Part shown: in pieces, positions 1 through 8,794 of the stretch
Layout of the letters: each line of letters opens with the position of its first letter
Position numbering within the stretch: the first letter of the stretch is position 1
Position numbers and translations under genes: made by a program
DNA from: Chloroflexota bacterium
Lineage (GTDB): Bacteria; Chloroflexota; Dehalococcoidia; DSGV01
Direction of reading: 5' to 3'
DNA: 64,000 nt
Assembly (NCBI GenBank): GCA_021787985.1
Contig: JAJYLG010000009.1
Span: forward strand, 141-64,140
The notes under the pieces: model-generated
What the model was told of the DNA's origin: nothing
Databases searched by the model: none
Seen by the model: the letters and a program-made list of their open reading frames with translations, nothing else

Positions 1-1144
1 AGCGCTCGACGAGCGTCAGCCCGCGTTGCGTCCAGGCGAGCGCGGCGGCGGGGTCGCGCAGGCGGCGCTCGTGGAGCAGGGCGAGCCGCTCGTACGGCTC
101 GACGGAGCGGTTCGAGTCGTCGGCGGCCAGCGCCTGCCAGCTCCGCAGCGCCTCGTCCAGGTCGCCGGCGCGTTCAGCCGTGCGGGCGGCATGGCGGAGC
201 GCTTCCAGGTGGCCGTCCTCGGCCGCGCGCCGATAGCGTGCGCGTGCGTCGGCCACGGCGCCGCCGCGCTCGAGCCAGCGGCCGGCGGCGACCAGCCCGG
301 TCGCGGCGCCGCCGCCGTCGTCGAGCCGTCGCGCGAGGTGGGCCGCCAGACCGGCCAGGCCGACGATGTCGGCGCGGTTGTGACGGAACACGGGGACGAG
401 CGGGCGGAAGCGGCGTTCACGCTGGTAGCGGAAGTAGACGGAAGGGATGAGCGCGCCCGGCAGGTCGGCCTCACGCCGCAGCTCGAGCAGGCCAGACTCC
501 GCCTCAATCAGGCGCGCCGAGGGCAGCACGTGGCGGCAGAGCGCGCGCGTGGCGTGGAGCAGGTCGGCGTGCGGGAGCGCGGCCAGCCGGGTGCGGCGGC
601 GGCCGAGGACGAAGCGCGTCTCGAGCAGGGGCACGTCGAAGGCGCGGCCGTTGTAGGTCACCAGTGCCTCGACGCCCGCCAGCTCGTGCTCGACGGCGTC
701 GAGCAGCGCCTCCTCGTCCTCGAACGCGGGAAGGAAGACCTGACGGACGTGGAACCCGTCAGGGGCGAAACGGCCGATGCCGACCAGGAAGACGTAGACG
801 CCGGTGCCGCTGCCCAGACCGGTGGTCTCGGCGTCGAGGTAGGCGACACGCTCGGGCGCGACGTCCGCCAGGGCCGGGTCGCGCCCTAGGAGCGCGAGCG
901 CGGCGGGCGGCGGCGGGCGCAGCGGTGCGCGGCCGACGCGGGCGCGGCGCCGCGTCAGATGGTCGGTGACGAAGGCGCGGGCACCGCCGGACTCGAACCA
1001 CCAGCCGGGGAGGAGCGCGTCGAGCGGTGGCTCCGGCGCGCGCTCGAGCGGGGGGGCACGAAACGGGGCGCTCACGGGGACATCGGCGCCGCGCGAGCGG
1101 GCGATGATCTGGCGCAGGCGCTCGTGCAGGGCGGCGTCGCTCAC
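1..1144 (-). CDS. MrfB/YprB-like DnaQ-type 3'-5' exonuclease with C-terminal TPR-like repeats; partial, C-terminus lies beyond the window start; start approximate (possible GTG overlapping vapC stop)
   Basis: Minus-strand reading in the same codon register as the antisense + ORF 26..889 gives a clean protein with exo motifs VAYLDAETTGL (Exo I), YNGRAFDVPLLETRF (Exo II) and HADLLHATRAL (Exo III). TPR-like C-terminal text follows (DLDEALRSWQALAAD...ERLALLHERRLRDPAAALAWTQRGL). The six-frame track misses it because it runs off the window edge. It sits downstream of the DUF1998 helicase, as in the B. subtilis mrfAB pair. Confidence 0.6.
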   Translation of the reverse strand, partial: MSDAALHERLRQIIARSRGADVPVSAPFRAPPLERAPEPPLDALLPGWWFESGGARAFVTDHLTRRRARVGRAPLRPPPPAALALLGRDPALADVAPERVAYLDAETTGLGSGTGVYVFLVGIGRFAPDGFHVRQVFLPAFEDEEALLDAVEHELAGVEALVTYNGRAFDVPLLETRFVLGRRRTRLAALPHADLLHATRALCRHVLPSARLIEAESGLLELRREADLPGALIPSVYFRYQRERRFRPLVPVFRHNRADIVGLAGLAAHLARRLDDGGGAATGLVAAGRWLERGGAVADARARYRRAAEDGHLEALRHAARTAERAGDLDEALRSWQALAADDSNRSVEPYERLALLHERRLRDPAAALAWTQRGLTLVER

Positions 1145-1623
1145 CGGCCCGACCCCAGTGCGGCGAGGTCGAACGCCGGGTCGAACGGGTTGAGGAAGAG
1201 GACTCCTTCGAGCCAGCGGTTGTGGGCGAAGTCCTCGCTGAGGACCATCGGGATCTGGTTCAGCTTGGCGGTCGCCCAGATGAGCGCGTCCCAGATCGAG
1301 AGTTGGAACGTGTTTGCGCCACGGCATGCCTCCCACACCACCAGCGGGGTCAGCTCAAGGACGCGGCAGGCGCGCAGGCAACGGGCGACCTCTGCAAGGG
1401 CAGCGTCCGGGGCAAGTCTCAGCGGTTCCGGCAGTCTCCAGCGGACGGCGCGAAAGAACTCGGTCAGGCACTGGACGCTGAGGACGGCGTCGCGTCTCAA
1501 CACAAGGCGCTCCATCAAGCCCATCGCCTCTGCCTGCCGCACGTGGTCGCGCGGGTCGAAGAGGTAGACGAGTATGTTGGTGTCAACGAGCGCGGCGGCC
1601 AAAGCGGTCCTCGTAGAGCTCAT
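1141..1623 (-). CDS. vapC: PIN-domain toxin VapC
   Basis: N-terminal LVDTNILVYLFDPRD plus acidic residues typical of PIN. Overlaps the upstream RHH antitoxin gene. 160 aa. Confidence 0.75.
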   Translation of the reverse strand: MSSTRTALAAALVDTNILVYLFDPRDHVRQAEAMGLMERLVLRRDAVLSVQCLTEFFRAVRWRLPEPLRLAPDAALAEVARCLRACRVLELTPLVVWEACRGANTFQLSIWDALIWATAKLNQIPMVLSEDFAHNRWLEGVLFLNPFDPAFDLAALGSGR

Positions 1624-1906
1624 CCCGTGTCCAATTGCGGCCGGTCTGGGGCACTCCGATGTTCATGCGCTGCTCGATGTCCGCCTTCAGCTCTTCCCAT
1701 GCAGCGAGGCGGTCACGCTCGCGCAGCAGGGCGATCGCTTGCTCCACTTCTGAGCCCTCGGCGGGCGACTGAGGCTCGAGCACCAAGTGCTCGATCCCTT
1801 GGCGGACCAGCTCGGCCTCCGTCACGCCGAGCTCCCTCGCCCGTCGCTTCAGCAGCTCGTCCTGCCGGGGCTCGATGTAGAACTGCTTGCGCACCATGCG
1901 GGCCAT
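1583..1906 (-). CDS. vapB: Ribbon-helix-helix antitoxin (VapB/CopG-like)
   Basis: 107 aa; N-terminus MARMVRKQFYIEPRQDELLKRRARELGVTEAELVRQGIE is RHH-like. Immediately upstream of and overlapping the PIN gene. Confidence 0.7.
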   Translation of the reverse strand: MARMVRKQFYIEPRQDELLKRRARELGVTEAELVRQGIEHLVLEPQSPAEGSEVEQAIALLRERDRLAAWEELKADIEQRMNIGVPQTGRNWTRDELYEDRFGRRAR

Positions 1907-1951
1907 CGCACGCCTCCGGCGATATACATCGCACTATACATCGTACGCCGC

Positions 1952-4225
1952 TCACGCCCCGAACGTCCGTAGCGCGGCGACGATTCGCAGCGCGGCCGCG
2001 CGAGCGTCCGCCTCGGCCCGCGGCGGCGGGCCGACGCAGCCCGGGCAGCCATCCCGGCAGCCGCAATCGCGCAGCAGCTCATGTGCGGCCTCCAGCAGCG
2101 CCGCGCGCACCTCGAAGCAGCGCTCGGCCAGGCCCACGCCGCCGGGGTATGCCTCGTACAGGAAGACGGTCGGCAGCTCGGTAAACGGGCTGCGCACCTG
2201 CACGGACGTCTGCAGGTCGCGTGCGTCGCACAGCAGGAAGACCGGCGCGACGTTCACCAGCACGTTGGCCAGCCCCAGCAGACCGGCCTCGATCTCCGCG
2301 CGGGTCATCTCGGCGGTCGCGGCGGAGGGCAGCGCCAGCCAGTAGGCCCGCGTTTGCATCTCGTCCTGCGGCAGGGCGATCGTGCCCCAGCCCACGTTCT
2401 CGTGGGTGAACAGCCGCACCTTCTTGAAGATGGTGGCCAGATAGGTCACCGTGACGCCGCCGTGCGCGTGCTCGCAGGCGGCGCTCTCGGCCCGGCCGTC
2501 CTCGTGCAGCACTCTGAGGTCGACGGCGAGCTGGGCGTCGGTGTAGTGGTCCACCTCCACCGGATGCACGTACGCTTTCAGCTCGTCCCAGGCGAGCCGG
2601 TCCACGTGGTACTGGCGGCCGCCGTGGTAGTAGATCGCGTCCTCGTGCACCAGCAACGGCGCGGAGGCCCGGTCCACCTCGCCGATGACGCGCGCCGGCG
2701 GGCCGTGGTCGATGATCACCACGTTCTGGGTGCTGGCGCTGCGCAGCGACACGCCCTCCGCCGGGAAGGACTCGGCCGACCAGAAGTAGCGGTCGCCGCG
2801 GCGGACGAGGATGCCCGCCTCGGCGAGCGCCGCGCAGATGTGCGCCACCGCGGGCCCGAGCTGCTCGCCGTCCCGGAACGGCAGCTCGAAAGCCGCGCAC
2901 TTGACGTGCTCGACCAGGATCTCGAGGTTGTCCGGGTCGATGCGGCCCGCCTCGGCCGGCCGCTCGAAGAGGAAGTCGGGGTGCGTGGCGACGTACTGGT
3001 CGAGCGGGCCGGAGCCAGCCACGAGCACGGCAAGCGACGCCCCCTGCCGCCGGCCCGCGCGGCCGAAGCGCTGCCAGGTGCCGCTCACCGACCCCGGGTA
3101 GCGGCAGCAGACGACCGCGTCCATGCTGCCCACGTCGATGCCGAGCTCGAGCGCGTTCGTGGCCACGACCGTCCGCAGCCGGCCGTTGCGCAGGTCGCGT
3201 TCGATGGCCCGCCGCTCCTTTGGCAGGTAGCCGGCGCGGTAGCCCTCGATCGCCGATCCTGCCGCGGAGGGACGTGCGCGCTCGCCGCGGCGGAGGTAGG
3301 TCACCAGCAGCTCGACCTCCTGCCGGCTCTGCGCGAAGCAGAGCACCTGCGCGCCGGCACCGGAGAGGTCGCGTGTCAGCCGTCGTGCGGCGTGGAGGGG
3401 GCTGCGGCGAATGCCGAGCTCGCGGTTGACCACCGGCGGGTTGTACACGGCCACGGTCCGCGGGCCGCGCGGCGCGCCGCTCTCCTCCACCACCTGGACC
3501 GGCCGGCCGAGCAGCCGCTCGGCCAGATCGCCGGGGTTGCCGATAGTGGCCGAGCTGCAGATGAAGACCGGCTCCGACCCGTAGAACCGCGCGACGCGCA
3601 GCAGCCGCCGCAGCACGTTGGCGACGTGCGAACCGAAGACGCCGCGATACTGGTGCAGCTCGTCGACGACCACGTAGCGCAGGTTCTCGAACAGGGAGAG
3701 CCACTTGGTGTGGTGCGGCAGGATGCCGGTGTGCAGCATGTCGGGGTTGGTGATGACCACGTGCCCGGCCTGGCGGACCGCGCGGCGGGCGTCGGCCGGC
3801 GTGTCGCCGTCGTAGGTGAAGGCGCGCAGGGCGCTGCCGAGCGCATCGACGATCGCCTGCAGCTCGGCGAGCTGGTCTTGCGCCAGCGCCTTGGTGGGGA
3901 AGAGGAAGAGAGCGCGGGACGCGGGGTCATCGAGCACGGCCTGCGCGACGGGCGCCTGGTAGCAGAGCGACTTGCCCGAGGCGGTGGGCGTGGCGACGAC
4001 GACGTCGCGACCCGCCAGCACGGCCGCGATCGCGGTGGCCTGGTGCGTGTACGGGCGTTCGATGCCGCGGGCGGCCAGGGCGCGGCGCAGCGGCTCACCG
4101 ACTCCGGCTGGCCAATCGGCGAGGCAGGCCGGCTCGGGCGGGAGCTCGCGCCAGCAGGTGAAGCCGCGGGCGCGTCGCGGGTCGTCGCGGAGGGCGGCGA
4201 GGGCGTCGGGCGGGAGCATGGGCAC
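1952..4225 (-). CDS. DEAD/DEAH-box helicase with C-terminal DUF1998/MZB zinc-finger domain (MrfA/YprA/Hrq1-like)
   Basis: 757 aa. Walker A TPTASGKSLCYQ; DEAH-type box VVVDELHQYRG; helicase C-terminal motifs; C-terminal Cys cluster CGCRDGCPGC typical of DUF1998. Confidence 0.85.
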   Translation of the reverse strand: MPMLPPDALAALRDDPRRARGFTCWRELPPEPACLADWPAGVGEPLRRALAARGIERPYTHQATAIAAVLAGRDVVVATPTASGKSLCYQAPVAQAVLDDPASRALFLFPTKALAQDQLAELQAIVDALGSALRAFTYDGDTPADARRAVRQAGHVVITNPDMLHTGILPHHTKWLSLFENLRYVVVDELHQYRGVFGSHVANVLRRLLRVARFYGSEPVFICSSATIGNPGDLAERLLGRPVQVVEESGAPRGPRTVAVYNPPVVNRELGIRRSPLHAARRLTRDLSGAGAQVLCFAQSRQEVELLVTYLRRGERARPSAAGSAIEGYRAGYLPKERRAIERDLRNGRLRTVVATNALELGIDVGSMDAVVCCRYPGSVSGTWQRFGRAGRRQGASLAVLVAGSGPLDQYVATHPDFLFERPAEAGRIDPDNLEILVEHVKCAAFELPFRDGEQLGPAVAHICAALAEAGILVRRGDRYFWSAESFPAEGVSLRSASTQNVVIIDHGPPARVIGEVDRASAPLLVHEDAIYYHGGRQYHVDRLAWDELKAYVHPVEVDHYTDAQLAVDLRVLHEDGRAESAACEHAHGGVTVTYLATIFKKVRLFTHENVGWGTIALPQDEMQTRAYWLALPSAATAEMTRAEIEAGLLGLANVLVNVAPVFLLCDARDLQTSVQVRSPFTELPTVFLYEAYPGGVGLAERCFEVRAALLEAAHELLRDCGCRDGCPGCVGPPPRAEADARAAALRIVAALRTFGA

Positions 4226-4340
4226 CGCCGCACATCTGTTCTAACGCTCCTCATAGTAGGCGCCGCCGCGAGCGGACGCAACGGGCGCCGGAGGGCGCGG
4301 CGTCCATGGAACTCCCGCCCTGCGGGGTCGTGGCCTGCCT

Positions 4341-4353
4341 GCCTGCCGCAGGC
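4341..4353. promoter_or_regulatory. 13-bp perfect palindrome GCCTGCCGCAGGC about 90 nt upstream of the amidohydrolase gene; identical copy at 49143..49155
   Basis: Exact palindrome seen at two promoter-proximal sites in this window. Candidate operator for a shared regulator. Confidence 0.3.
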
Positions 4354-4441
4354 GGGCTAGCGGAGGGGTGCCCTCGCCGCCGTGGCCGCCGTTCGCCTAC
4401 TATGACGCCGTGCCGCCGCGCGTCGGCGGTAGGAGGGCACG

Positions 4442-5674
4442 ATGGTTCGCTCGCCGGCGGGATCGGCCGACCTGCTCCTGCGCAACCTCACGCTGATCGA
4501 CGGCACGCGCCGCGGCCCGCAGTCCGGGCTGGACGTGCTCGTCCGCGGCGGCCGCGTCGCCGCGATCGGCCGCGCGCTGCATCCGCCCGACGGCGCGATC
4601 TCCGCGGACCTGGCCGGCGCGACCTGCCTGCCCGGGCTGATCGACTGCCACGTCCACTTCTCGCTGGGCGCCGGCCCGAGCGAGGAGCAGGATGTGCGCG
4701 ATCCGATCGAGATCGTGGCGATGCGAGCCGCGCGCTTCGTCGAGCAGACGTTGGACGCGGGTTTCACCACCGTGCGCGACATCGCCAGCCGCGAGGCGCT
4801 GAACATCCACCTGCGAGACGCTGTCGAGCGGGGCATCATCCGCGGGCCGCGCATCCTGGCCTGCGGGCTGCACCTCTGCATCACCGGTGGCCACGGCTGG
4901 GAGTTCGGTCGCGAGTGCGACGGGGCGGACGGCACGCGCGCGGCCGTGCGGGAGCAGGTGAAACGCGGAGCGGATGTGATCAAGTTCATGGCGAGCGGCG
5001 GCGTGATGACGCCTGGCGGGCCGCCCAAGGCGCCCCAGTTCTCCCTCGAGGAGCTGGGGGCCGGCGTCGAAGAGGCGCACAAGGCCGGCAGGCGCGCCGC
5101 CGCCCACGCCCACGCGGCCGACGCGATCCGCAACGCCGTGATGGCCGGCATCGACTCGATCGAGCACGGTACCTTCATCACCGACGACCTGATCGAGGAG
5201 ATGCGCCGCCGCGGGACGTTCCTGGTGCCGACGTTTGCGGCCATCGACCAGCTCGTGCGGCACGCCGAGGACGGCGGCATGCCCGGCTACGTCGTCGAGC
5301 GCGCGCTCGAGGCGGCGGCCGCGCACCGCGACGCGATGCAGCGCTGCATCCGCGCCGGCGTCCGGATCGCGATGGGCACCGATGCCGGCAGCCCGTTCAA
5401 CCTGCACGGCGAGAACGCGCAGGAGCTACGGCTGATGGTCGAGGCCGGCATGGGCCCGCTCGATGCCCTGCGCGCGTCGACCGTTGACGCGGCCGAGCTG
5501 TGCGGGCTGGACCGCGAGCTGGGCACCGTGGAGGTCGGGAAGCGCGCCGACCTGCTCGTCGTCGACGGCGATCCGTTGCTCGACATCGGGCTGCTGCGAG
5601 ACCGCGACCGCTTCGTGCTGCTGCTGCGGGACGGCCGCGTGGTCCGCCGGTCGCCGCACGTCGTGCTCGACTAG
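4442..5674 (+). CDS. Amidohydrolase-family metal-dependent hydrolase
   Basis: 410 aa. LIDCHVHFS metal-binding His motif; later HAHAADAI and DSIEHGTF motifs typical of amidohydrolase superfamily (imidazolonepropionase/prolidase-like). Confidence 0.8.
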   Translation: MVRSPAGSADLLLRNLTLIDGTRRGPQSGLDVLVRGGRVAAIGRALHPPDGAISADLAGATCLPGLIDCHVHFSLGAGPSEEQDVRDPIEIVAMRAARFVEQTLDAGFTTVRDIASREALNIHLRDAVERGIIRGPRILACGLHLCITGGHGWEFGRECDGADGTRAAVREQVKRGADVIKFMASGGVMTPGGPPKAPQFSLEELGAGVEEAHKAGRRAAAHAHAADAIRNAVMAGIDSIEHGTFITDDLIEEMRRRGTFLVPTFAAIDQLVRHAEDGGMPGYVVERALEAAAAHRDAMQRCIRAGVRIAMGTDAGSPFNLHGENAQELRLMVEAGMGPLDALRASTVDAAELCGLDRELGTVEVGKRADLLVVDGDPLLDIGLLRDRDRFVLLLRDGRVVRRSPHVVLD

Positions 5675-5841
5675 CCGGGTGCTCCTGCCGCTGCCGGCAG
5701 GCGCCGACCACGATCGCCGTTGCGCTGCTCCCTGGGTTGCACAGCCCGATGCACCGGTGAGCGCATCGCCCGCGCCGCCGGTGGTGGGGGTTCGCTTTCC
5801 TCTGCTGCCGCCGATGATCGCCGCGGGAGTCGAGTCACGCC

Positions 5842-6522
5842 ATGGCCGCGGAGAACGTTGCCGAAGTCGCTCGCTTCCGGCCGGGGGCGTCGATGCGCAT
5901 CGAACCCGCCGGTGACGGGGATGCGGCCGTACGCGCACGCTTCCTCGAGATGCGTCGGCACGTGCTGACGGCCGTGCTCGAGGACCCGCGCACGGCCGCC
6001 TGCCTGCGGCCCGGCGCGCGCTACTCCGTCCGCATCATTCATGCCGGCAAACCACACGCGTTCGAATCGCAGTACCTGGGCACCGACGGCATCCTGCAGC
6101 ATCTGGTGCGCTTCACGCCGCCGGACGAGCTGCGGGTGCGAGAGCTGCGGCGGTTCATCCGCGCGCCCGTCCACCTGCGGCCGCTGACGTGCGCGCTGCT
6201 CGATGAATGCGGCGACCCGTGGCAGCCGGTCGACGCGGTGGTGCGCGACATCTCGGGGGGCGGGGCCGGGCTGCTCACGCGCGGGCTGCTGGGCCGGGGC
6301 GCGAGGCTGCACCTCGCGCTGGAGCTGAAGGACCGTCGGCCTCCGCTGGCGCTCACCGCCACGGTGCTGCGCGTCCATCCGCGGGGCCAGTTGTTCATGG
6401 CGGGAACGGTGTTTCGCGAGCTGCGGGAGTCGGACCGCGACCGCATCATCCGTTTCTGCCTGCTGCAGCAGGTGGAGCAGCGCCGCCGCGCCATGGAGCG
6501 CGCCTACCACGCGCGGCGGTGA
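5842..6522 (+). CDS. PilZ-domain c-di-GMP-binding protein (YcgR-like, PilZN+PilZ)
   Basis: RRFIRAP (RxxxR) and DISGGGAGL (DxSxxG) PilZ signature motifs. 226 aa; start could be the internal Met. Confidence 0.6.
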   Translation: MAAENVAEVARFRPGASMRIEPAGDGDAAVRARFLEMRRHVLTAVLEDPRTAACLRPGARYSVRIIHAGKPHAFESQYLGTDGILQHLVRFTPPDELRVRELRRFIRAPVHLRPLTCALLDECGDPWQPVDAVVRDISGGGAGLLTRGLLGRGARLHLALELKDRRPPLALTATVLRVHPRGQLFMAGTVFRELRESDRDRIIRFCLLQQVEQRRRAMERAYHARR

Positions 6523-6536
6523 CGCGAGAGGCGTGC

Positions 6537-6914
6537 CTAGCTCAGCGCGAGGCGGGCGAGTGACCAGCCGAGGATGACGGCGGCCAGCGCACCGCCCACG
6601 CTGCCTCCGACGTATAGCAGCGCACGCAGGAGGTCGGACTCGCGCACCAGCGCCCAGGTCTCCCAGGTGAACGCCGAGAACGTCGAGAAGCCGCCGAGGA
6701 ATCCGGTGACGAGCAGGAGGCGCGTCGTCGTGCCCACGTCGGCGCGTTCGGCGGTGCCGAGGACCACGCCGATGAGGAGGCCGGCGACCAGGTTGACCGA
6801 GAGCGTGCCCCAGGGGAAGAGGCCGGGGAAGCGCGCCTGTACACCGCTGATCATCGCGTACCGCGCGAGCGACCCGACCGCACCGCCGAGCGCTATTACC
6901 AGCCAGCGCGTCAT
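6537..6914 (-). CDS. crcB: Fluoride ion channel CrcB/FluC
   Basis: 125 aa, 4 TM. Motifs GGAVGSLARY and GFLGGFSTFSAF are typical CrcB. Confidence 0.85.
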   Translation of the reverse strand: MTRWLVIALGGAVGSLARYAMISGVQARFPGLFPWGTLSVNLVAGLLIGVVLGTAERADVGTTTRLLLVTGFLGGFSTFSAFTWETWALVRESDLLRALLYVGGSVGGALAAVILGWSLARLALS

Positions 6915-6944
6915 CCGTCTCCGTGCCAGGTGGCGGCCGCAGCC

Positions 6945-7022
6945 GCCTGAGTGCAGAGGCCATCAGCGCAGGCGCGCGGTTCGGCCCGCCGACGGCGGGC
7001 GGGCGGGCCTCACCGCCCGCCC
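6945..7022 (-). promoter_or_regulatory. Fluoride riboswitch (crcB RNA motif) in the 5' leader of crcB
   Basis: Minus-strand RNA GGCGGUGAGGCCCGCCC...GAACCGCGCGCC...CUGAUGGCCUCUGCAC closely matches the T. petrophila fluoride aptamer (GGCGAUGAGGCCCGCCCAAACUGCC...GCUGAUGGCCUCUACUG). A GGCGGC-UGCG-GCCGCC hairpin follows before the crcB AUG. Coordinates approximate. Confidence 0.65.
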
Positions 7023-7104
7023 CACCGTATCAGGGAATCCGCGAGAAACAACAGGGCCCGCCGTGGGGGGCGGGCCCGAGCCTGGATGCCGGTCAGGTCG
7101 GCCG

Positions 7105-7593
7105 TCAGCGCGCGCCGTTCGCGGCCGCCTCGACCTTCCCCGCTTCGACCGTCTGGCCGACCTTGACCTGGATCTGCTTCGGCCGTGCGGCCTCCAGCGT
7201 GGGCAGGCGCAGCTTCAGGACGCCGTGCTCGTAGTTCGCCTCGATGTGCTCGACGTCGACGGTGGTCGGCAGGGCGATGCTGCGCACGAAGCTTCCGTAG
7301 CGCCGCTCGTGGCGGTAGTAGCGCTCGCGCTCGACCTCCTCGGCCTGCTTGAACTCACCCTGGATGGTGAGCACGCCGTTCTCGACGGTGATCTTGATGT
7401 CCTCGGGTCGGACGCCGGGGATGGGGGCCGTCACCCAGAGCGCGTCGTCCTTCTCATAGACATCGAGCGGGATGAAGCTCTCCGCCTCGAAGAGGCGCAA
7501 CGGGCGCCAGAACGGCTCGTCGAGCACGCGCTCCATGGCGCGACGCATGTGGCCGAGCTCCGCGAATGGGTCCCAGCGGATGAGATCAGGCAT
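7105..7593 (-). CDS. Hsp20/alpha-crystallin small heat-shock protein
   Basis: 162 aa; alpha-crystallin domain text (DVYEKDDALWVTAPIPGVRPEDIKITVENGVLTIQGE...GSFVRSIALP). Confidence 0.85.
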   Translation of the reverse strand: MPDLIRWDPFAELGHMRRAMERVLDEPFWRPLRLFEAESFIPLDVYEKDDALWVTAPIPGVRPEDIKITVENGVLTIQGEFKQAEEVERERYYRHERRYGSFVRSIALPTTVDVEHIEANYEHGVLKLRLPTLEAARPKQIQVKVGQTVEAGKVEAAANGAR

Positions 7594-7791
7594 GGTGGTA
7601 CCTCCTTGAGCGTTGTGGCCGGGCGGAAGGCCTTCCCGGCATTTCCACTTCTCGGTCTGGAGGATAGCAGGGACCAGGAGTGTCTGTCAAGGTACTTGAT
7701 AATGACGACATCAGGGTTCTACCATTAGGTCAGCGCAAATCCCTGGCGGCTCGCGCGGTCGCGTGCTAGGCTGCCGGCAGGGGGTGGGGCG

Positions 7792-8769
7792 ATGCCCCGC
7801 GACTACTACGAGGTCTTGGGCCTTTCGAAACGGGCCACCGAGCGCGAGGTCCGGCAGGCGTTTCGCAAGCTGGCGCGACGCTACCACCCCGACGTGAACC
7901 CCAGTAACCGCGATGCCGAGGCCCGTTTCAAGGAGATCAACGCTGCCCACGAAGTCCTCTCCGACCCGGAGAAGCGCGCCAAGTACGACAAGTACGGCGA
8001 CCGCTGGGAGCAGGCCGACCTCATCGAGGAAGCACGCCGCCAGCGCGAGCAGCAGCGCACCTGGACGCGCGGACCCTTTGCCGAGCCGGGCGCCAATGGC
8101 GAGGCCGCCGACTTCGCTTCGCTTTTCGGTCAGATGTTCCGTGCCCGCCGGCCGCAGCGCGGACAGGACATCGAGTACCCGCTCGAGATCACGCTCGAAG
8201 AGGCTTACAGCGGCACGCTGCGGATGCTACAGCTCGCCGGCGGAGCGACCTGTACCACCTGTCTGGGCAGCGGTCACACCGCGGCCGGCCGTTGCGCCGA
8301 TTGCGGTGGCTCGGGCTACCAGGAGCGCCCGCGGCGGCTCGAGGTCAAGATCCCGGCCGGCATCCGTGGCGGCGGCCGCGTACGCGTGGCCGGCGAGGGA
8401 CAGCCGGGCGTCGTCGGCGGTCCGCCGGGCGACCTCTACCTGGTCGTTACCGTGCGCGACCACGACCGCTTCGAGCGCAAGGGTGACGACCTGCACACGG
8501 ACGTGAACGTGCCGTTCCTGCAGGCGGTGCTGGGCGGGGAGGCGTCCGTGCAGGGGATGAAGTCGCGGCTCGCCCTGACCATCCCCCCACTGACTCAGAA
8601 CGGTCAGGTGTTCCGCCTGCAGGGCCAGGGAATGCCGCGGCTGGGCGGCCGCGGGCACGGTGACCTGTACGCCCGCGTCCGCATCGCGTTGCCGACCCAC
8701 CTCTCGCCCGAAGAGCGGCGGCTGTTCGAGGAGCTGCGCGCGCTGCAGCAAGGGGCGGGCGTACGGTGA
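7792..8769 (+). CDS. DnaJ-class co-chaperone (CbpA-like; J domain, reduced Zn-finger region, C-terminal domains)
   Basis: J domain DYYEVLGLSKRATEREVRQAFRKLARRYHPDVNP with HPD. Two CxxCxGxG repeats only. 325 aa. Confidence 0.8.
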   Translation: MPRDYYEVLGLSKRATEREVRQAFRKLARRYHPDVNPSNRDAEARFKEINAAHEVLSDPEKRAKYDKYGDRWEQADLIEEARRQREQQRTWTRGPFAEPGANGEAADFASLFGQMFRARRPQRGQDIEYPLEITLEEAYSGTLRMLQLAGGATCTTCLGSGHTAAGRCADCGGSGYQERPRRLEVKIPAGIRGGGRVRVAGEGQPGVVGGPPGDLYLVVTVRDHDRFERKGDDLHTDVNVPFLQAVLGGEASVQGMKSRLALTIPPLTQNGQVFRLQGQGMPRLGGRGHGDLYARVRIALPTHLSPEERRLFEELRALQQGAGVR

Positions 8770-8794
8770 GCCGACAGACGGCCGGTGACTCGCG

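Noticed and set aside
26-1567. Long + strand ORFs 26..889 and 959..1567 (and minus ORFs 16..507, 759..1001)
   Set aside because: Low-complexity Ala/Arg/Gly-rich translations typical of antisense or off-frame reading in 70% GC DNA. The opposite-strand same-register frame encodes a clean DnaQ-exonuclease/TPR protein.
2079-4360. ORFs 2081..4360 (+, 759 aa), 2079..3704 (-, 541 aa), 3376..4281 (-)
   Set aside because: Shadow frames overlapping the well-supported DUF1998 helicase gene; compositionally biased, no motifs.
5671-6963. 430-aa minus-strand ORF spanning the PilZ and crcB region
   Set aside because: Arg/Pro-rich junk translation; overlaps two well-supported genes on both strands.
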